From an uncultured Gemmatimonadales bacterium (GTDB lineage: Bacteria; Gemmatimonadota; Gemmatimonadetes; Gemmatimonadales; Gemmatimonadaceae), in NCBI GenBank assembly GCA_963850905.1, contig CAWKMU010000003.1, forward strand, positions 2,208,001-2,272,000: a DNA stretch of 64,000 nt. The letters are read 5' to 3'. Below are positions 61,044-64,000 of this stretch, piece by piece. A program made the translations under genes and the position numbers. The notes under the pieces were generated by a model. The model was not told the origin of the DNA. It saw only the letters and a program-made list of their open reading frames with translations, and did not search any database. Position 1 is the first letter of the stretch. Every line of letters begins with the position of its first letter.

Positions 61044-61109
61044 AGCTGAGTCCCTCGTCGAGAGGACGCCAGGGTGGCTTGCACGATTCATTCCGGCGAG
61101 GGCTGCGAC

Positions 61110-61391
61110 GTGATTGAACACCGCCCGCTCGAACATCGCTTTGTCGCCGAGTTCGCCTCAGGCGACGCGGAGTTGACATACGCGCTGCCGGTTCCCGGCG
61201 TGATCGATTTGCAGCACACGGCGGTGCCGGAGGGCGAGCGCGGGCATGGTGTCGCCGAGGCGTTGGCCCGGGCCGCCTTCGACTACGCACGGGCCCACAA
61301 GCTCCGCGTCATTCCGACGTGTCCATTTGTTCGCTCATGGCTCACGCGCCATCCCGAGGAACAGGATCTGATCGATAACTCGGTGCGCTGA
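61110..61391 (+). CDS. GNAT acetyltransferase (YjdJ-like)
   Basis: HTAVPEGERGHGVA, IPTCPFV. Confidence 0.88.
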   Translation: MIEHRPLEHRFVAEFASGDAELTYALPVPGVIDLQHTAVPEGERGHGVAEALARAAFDYARAHKLRVIPTCPFVRSWLTRHPEEQDLIDNSVR

Positions 61392-61495
61392 TCGGCGGAT
61401 TGACCGACTTCGTCTCACGATTTGCGCGGCGCCAGCCACTGTTGCCGGGCGCAATCGAGGCCTAAGCGTCAGTCGGTCTCACAGAAATAGCGGTT

Positions 61496-61511
61496 TGTGC
61501 GGTCGATCACA
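61496..61511. promoter_or_regulatory. CRP/FNR-family-like site upstream of the pilin operon
   Basis: TGTGC-N6-TCACA, one mismatch to TGTGA-N6-TCACA. Confidence 0.4.
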
Positions 61512-61694
61512 GGTTGCCGCTCCCCTCAGTGTCACGCCTGGGCCGCTGGCTCCACAAGATGTGCGGCTTCGTGTCCGCAGCGTGATAGTTGCCGCCACGC
61601 CGCACCCTAGCTTGTCCCTCGCATCCAAAGATGCCAAGCGGCGCCCGTGCTTCCGACTCGGACCGCCGGCTCGGCCGAAAGCCAGGATCGACCC

Positions 61695-62270
61695 ATGAAC
61701 CGCACTATCCAGAATTCGCGACGTGGCGTCACGCTGATCGAGATGATGATCGTGGTCGTGCTATTGAGCCTCGTGTCGGCGTTGGCACTGCCGCGACTCA
61801 ACTTCGCGCAATTCAAGAGCGACGACTCGGTTCGCGCCGTGCGGACGACCCTCCAGAACGCCGAGCGACTCGCGATCACGCGTCAGTACGACGTGATCGT
61901 GAGCTTCGATACGGTGAATCAGCAGCTGCGCATCGCTGAAGACCTGAACAACAACTATGTGATCGACTCGGGTGAGCGGGTGACCTATGTGCCGCTGGAC
62001 CAGGGCGTGAAGTTCGCCAACCCCCCGCAGGGCGGCGTCGTGGGCCCCACGGGCGCGAGCGTGGTCGGCACCAACATCATGTCGATCGGCAGTATGCCGA
62101 GTGTCGTATTTCTACGCAGTGGATCGGCCAGCAGCTACGTCGAGGTCTACTTGACCGCGAACGGCAACAACGGTGAGACCGAGTGGCGGGGTGTGCAAGT
62201 TACCCAGTCGACCGGACGGACCGTCTGGTATAGATGGCTCACTACTCTCTGGAACAAGGCGTCGGTATGA
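61695..62270 (+). CDS. GspH/FimT-like minor pilin
   Basis: RRG|VTLIEMMIVV prepilin cleavage motif. Confidence 0.9.
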   Translation: MNRTIQNSRRGVTLIEMMIVVVLLSLVSALALPRLNFAQFKSDDSVRAVRTTLQNAERLAITRQYDVIVSFDTVNQQLRIAEDLNNNYVIDSGERVTYVPLDQGVKFANPPQGGVVGPTGASVVGTNIMSIGSMPSVVFLRSGSASSYVEVYLTANGNNGETEWRGVQVTQSTGRTVWYRWLTTLWNKASV

Positions 62271-62722
62271 CAACGCGATCGCTGAAGCGGCGGACGTCGA
62301 TGCGGCGGCTCGTGCCGCGGCGTTCGACGCGTGGAGGGATGACGCTGATCGAGGTGGTCATCTCCCTCACGATCATCACGAGTGCGCTCCTGGGCTTCGC
62401 AGCGTTCATCGCGCGCTTCATGCATATGACCTCGCAGGCCAACGCGGCGTCGGCGGCGATGGACCTCGCGGTCAGTCGGGTGGAGCTGATCAAGGCATAC
62501 CCGACATACTCGGCCCTCGAGGCGACCTTCAACGGCACGCAATCGGGGTTCTCCAACTGTCCCGGGTGCGTCTTGACGACGCACATCACCAAGGACTCGA
62601 CCGCCCTTCAGAACTACAAGACGGTGTCGGTCACTGTCACCGTCCCTGCTCTCTCGTCCTCGTATACCGCGGCGCCGGTGCTGGTGCCGTTCGAGAAGAC
62701 CACCGTCATCGCCGCGTTCTGA
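62267..62722 (+). CDS. PilV-like minor pilin
   Basis: RGG|MTLIEVVISL. Confidence 0.85.
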   Translation: MTTRSLKRRTSMRRLVPRRSTRGGMTLIEVVISLTIITSALLGFAAFIARFMHMTSQANAASAAMDLAVSRVELIKAYPTYSALEATFNGTQSGFSNCPGCVLTTHITKDSTALQNYKTVSVTVTVPALSSSYTAAPVLVPFEKTTVIAAF

Positions 62723-62733
62723 GGACAACGACC

Positions 62734-63945
62734 ATGCGCCAGCGACTTGCATCGATACGTGAAAGCGGAGGCAGCCCGCGCCCGCTGCGCCTGCACACCA
62801 CGCCGCGCCGCGGCTTCACGCTCGCGGAAATGATGATCGCCGTGACGTTGATGCTCTTCATCTTCGCCATGGTTGTCCCGTTCCTGCAGACGCAGATGCA
62901 CGAGCTCGGCCAGAATGCCGGGAACCTGGATGCCCTCCAGAACGCGCGCTTCTCGCAGAACGCGATCGACCGCGAATTGCGTGTCGCGGGGGCGGGGGTT
63001 GTGCCGCAGCAGAGCTTCATCGTGCAGGCCGCGCCCCTCGCCGTCACCTTCAACGCGGACCTCGTGACCGCGGATTCGACGGACCCGCTGGCGGTCTATT
63101 TCGACCCCAACGTCGACACGTCGACCACCCACGCACTCCCCGCGGCCCAGGCCATCACCCTTCCCAACTCCGCGAACACCTATCCGGGACAGGATTACGT
63201 CTCGGCACCGGGCGTGTTGAGCACGGCCGAGACGATCTCGTACTATCTGCTCCCCGATTCGTCGCAGCCGATCCCGAACATGTACGCACTGTACCGTCGC
63301 GTAAACGCGGCGGCGGCAACCATTGTCAGCACGGGTATCTACGTCGCTCCGGGCACGGCGTTCTTCCAGTACTACAAGATCGACGCGGTGACCGGCGGCC
63401 TCGACTCGATTCCCAACGCGAGTCTGCCGCTCTACCACGTCGCGGTCGTGCATTCGAGTCCAGCCGATACGGGGCAGAGTGCGCAAACCGACAGCATTCG
63501 CGCCGTGCAGATGAAAGTCACGGGCATGTACGACGATCCGACCAAAGGGCCGATCTATCGTACGGTCTCGACCATGACCAAGCTGCTCAACGCCGGCCTG
63601 CTCTACGCGTCCGAGTGCGGGCAGCCGCCGATCGCGGTCACGACGCCGGCCGCCACGTGGTACGGTAGCAGCACGACCGACTCGGTGACCGTCACCTGGA
63701 CCGCGTCACCCGATCAGGACGGCGGCGAGAAGAATGTGATGTTCTACATGGTCTATCGCCGGCTGGTGGGCGGCAGCACCTGGGGGAACCCGGTTGTGTC
63801 CGTCACGGCGGGCTCACCCACGTACGAGTTCAATGACCCCTCGGCGCCCAATCTGCACGGCAACTACCAGTACGACGTGCTGGCGCAGAACTGCACGCCC
63901 TCGAACTCGGGCGACGCCATCAGCAACTCTGTCACGCTCCCGTAA
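62734..63945 (+). CDS. PilW-like minor pilin with C-terminal FN3-like domain
   Basis: RRG|FTLAEMMIAV; IDRELRVAG; C-terminal VTVTW...Y.VYRR...YQYDVLAQNC. Confidence 0.85.
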   Translation: MRQRLASIRESGGSPRPLRLHTTPRRGFTLAEMMIAVTLMLFIFAMVVPFLQTQMHELGQNAGNLDALQNARFSQNAIDRELRVAGAGVVPQQSFIVQAAPLAVTFNADLVTADSTDPLAVYFDPNVDTSTTHALPAAQAITLPNSANTYPGQDYVSAPGVLSTAETISYYLLPDSSQPIPNMYALYRRVNAAAATIVSTGIYVAPGTAFFQYYKIDAVTGGLDSIPNASLPLYHVAVVHSSPADTGQSAQTDSIRAVQMKVTGMYDDPTKGPIYRTVSTMTKLLNAGLLYASECGQPPIAVTTPAATWYGSSTTDSVTVTWTASPDQDGGEKNVMFYMVYRRLVGGSTWGNPVVSVTAGSPTYEFNDPSAPNLHGNYQYDVLAQNCTPSNSGDAISNSVTLP

Positions 63946-63954
63946 GGACTCCCT

Positions 63955-64000
63955 ATGCGACGACCCGTTCGACCTCAAGCACTCGTCGGCCGCCTGATGC
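63955..64000 (+). CDS. Start of the next operon gene, PilX-like by position (truncated)
   Basis: AAGGA RBS then ATG, MRRPVRPQALVGRLM. Confidence 0.45.
   Translation, partial: MRRPVRPQALVGRLM

Noticed and set aside
1..64000. tRNA, rRNA, prophage or defence genes
   Set aside because: Intergenic gaps are short with no cloverleaf or rRNA signatures, and no ORF shows phage, nuclease, RT or integrase motifs that I can recognise.

Overview
High-GC bacterial window, visually about two-thirds G+C. The SusC/SusD pair, TonB protein, Tat lipoproteins and pilin style suggest Gemmatimonadota (inference only). It is densely coding and mostly metabolic. From the start: the tail of a GMC oxidoreductase with its subunit-3 partner; an amidase-M20-dapD operon; a large phenylacetate (paa) catabolic island with a divergent Mo-oxidoreductase/paaK arm and a fused 2-oxoacid dehydrogenase E1; a VPS10/BNR hydrolase; SusC/SusD; a multicopper oxidase; a glnA-like/dehydratase/argH operon; a 3-ketoglycoside-type sugar cluster; a mycobacterial Sdh1-like succinate dehydrogenase; a kinase-M23-aminotransferase fusion; and the start of a type IV minor-pilin operon. 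About ten genes are split by single-base indels, concentrated at 15.8-21.1 kb, most likely long-read errors. I saw no rRNA, tRNA, CRISPR array or transposase. The most unusual signals are non-coding. (1) Two ~88-bp, ~90% identical inverted repeats ending in GTAG-REP hairpins exactly bracket a three-gene oxidoreductase cassette; flipping it would co-orient six sugar genes. (2) A recurring architecture of hairpins flanked by inverted arrays of 7-mers, with a different 7-mer at each locus. (3) A REP hairpin lying in frame inside a CDS.
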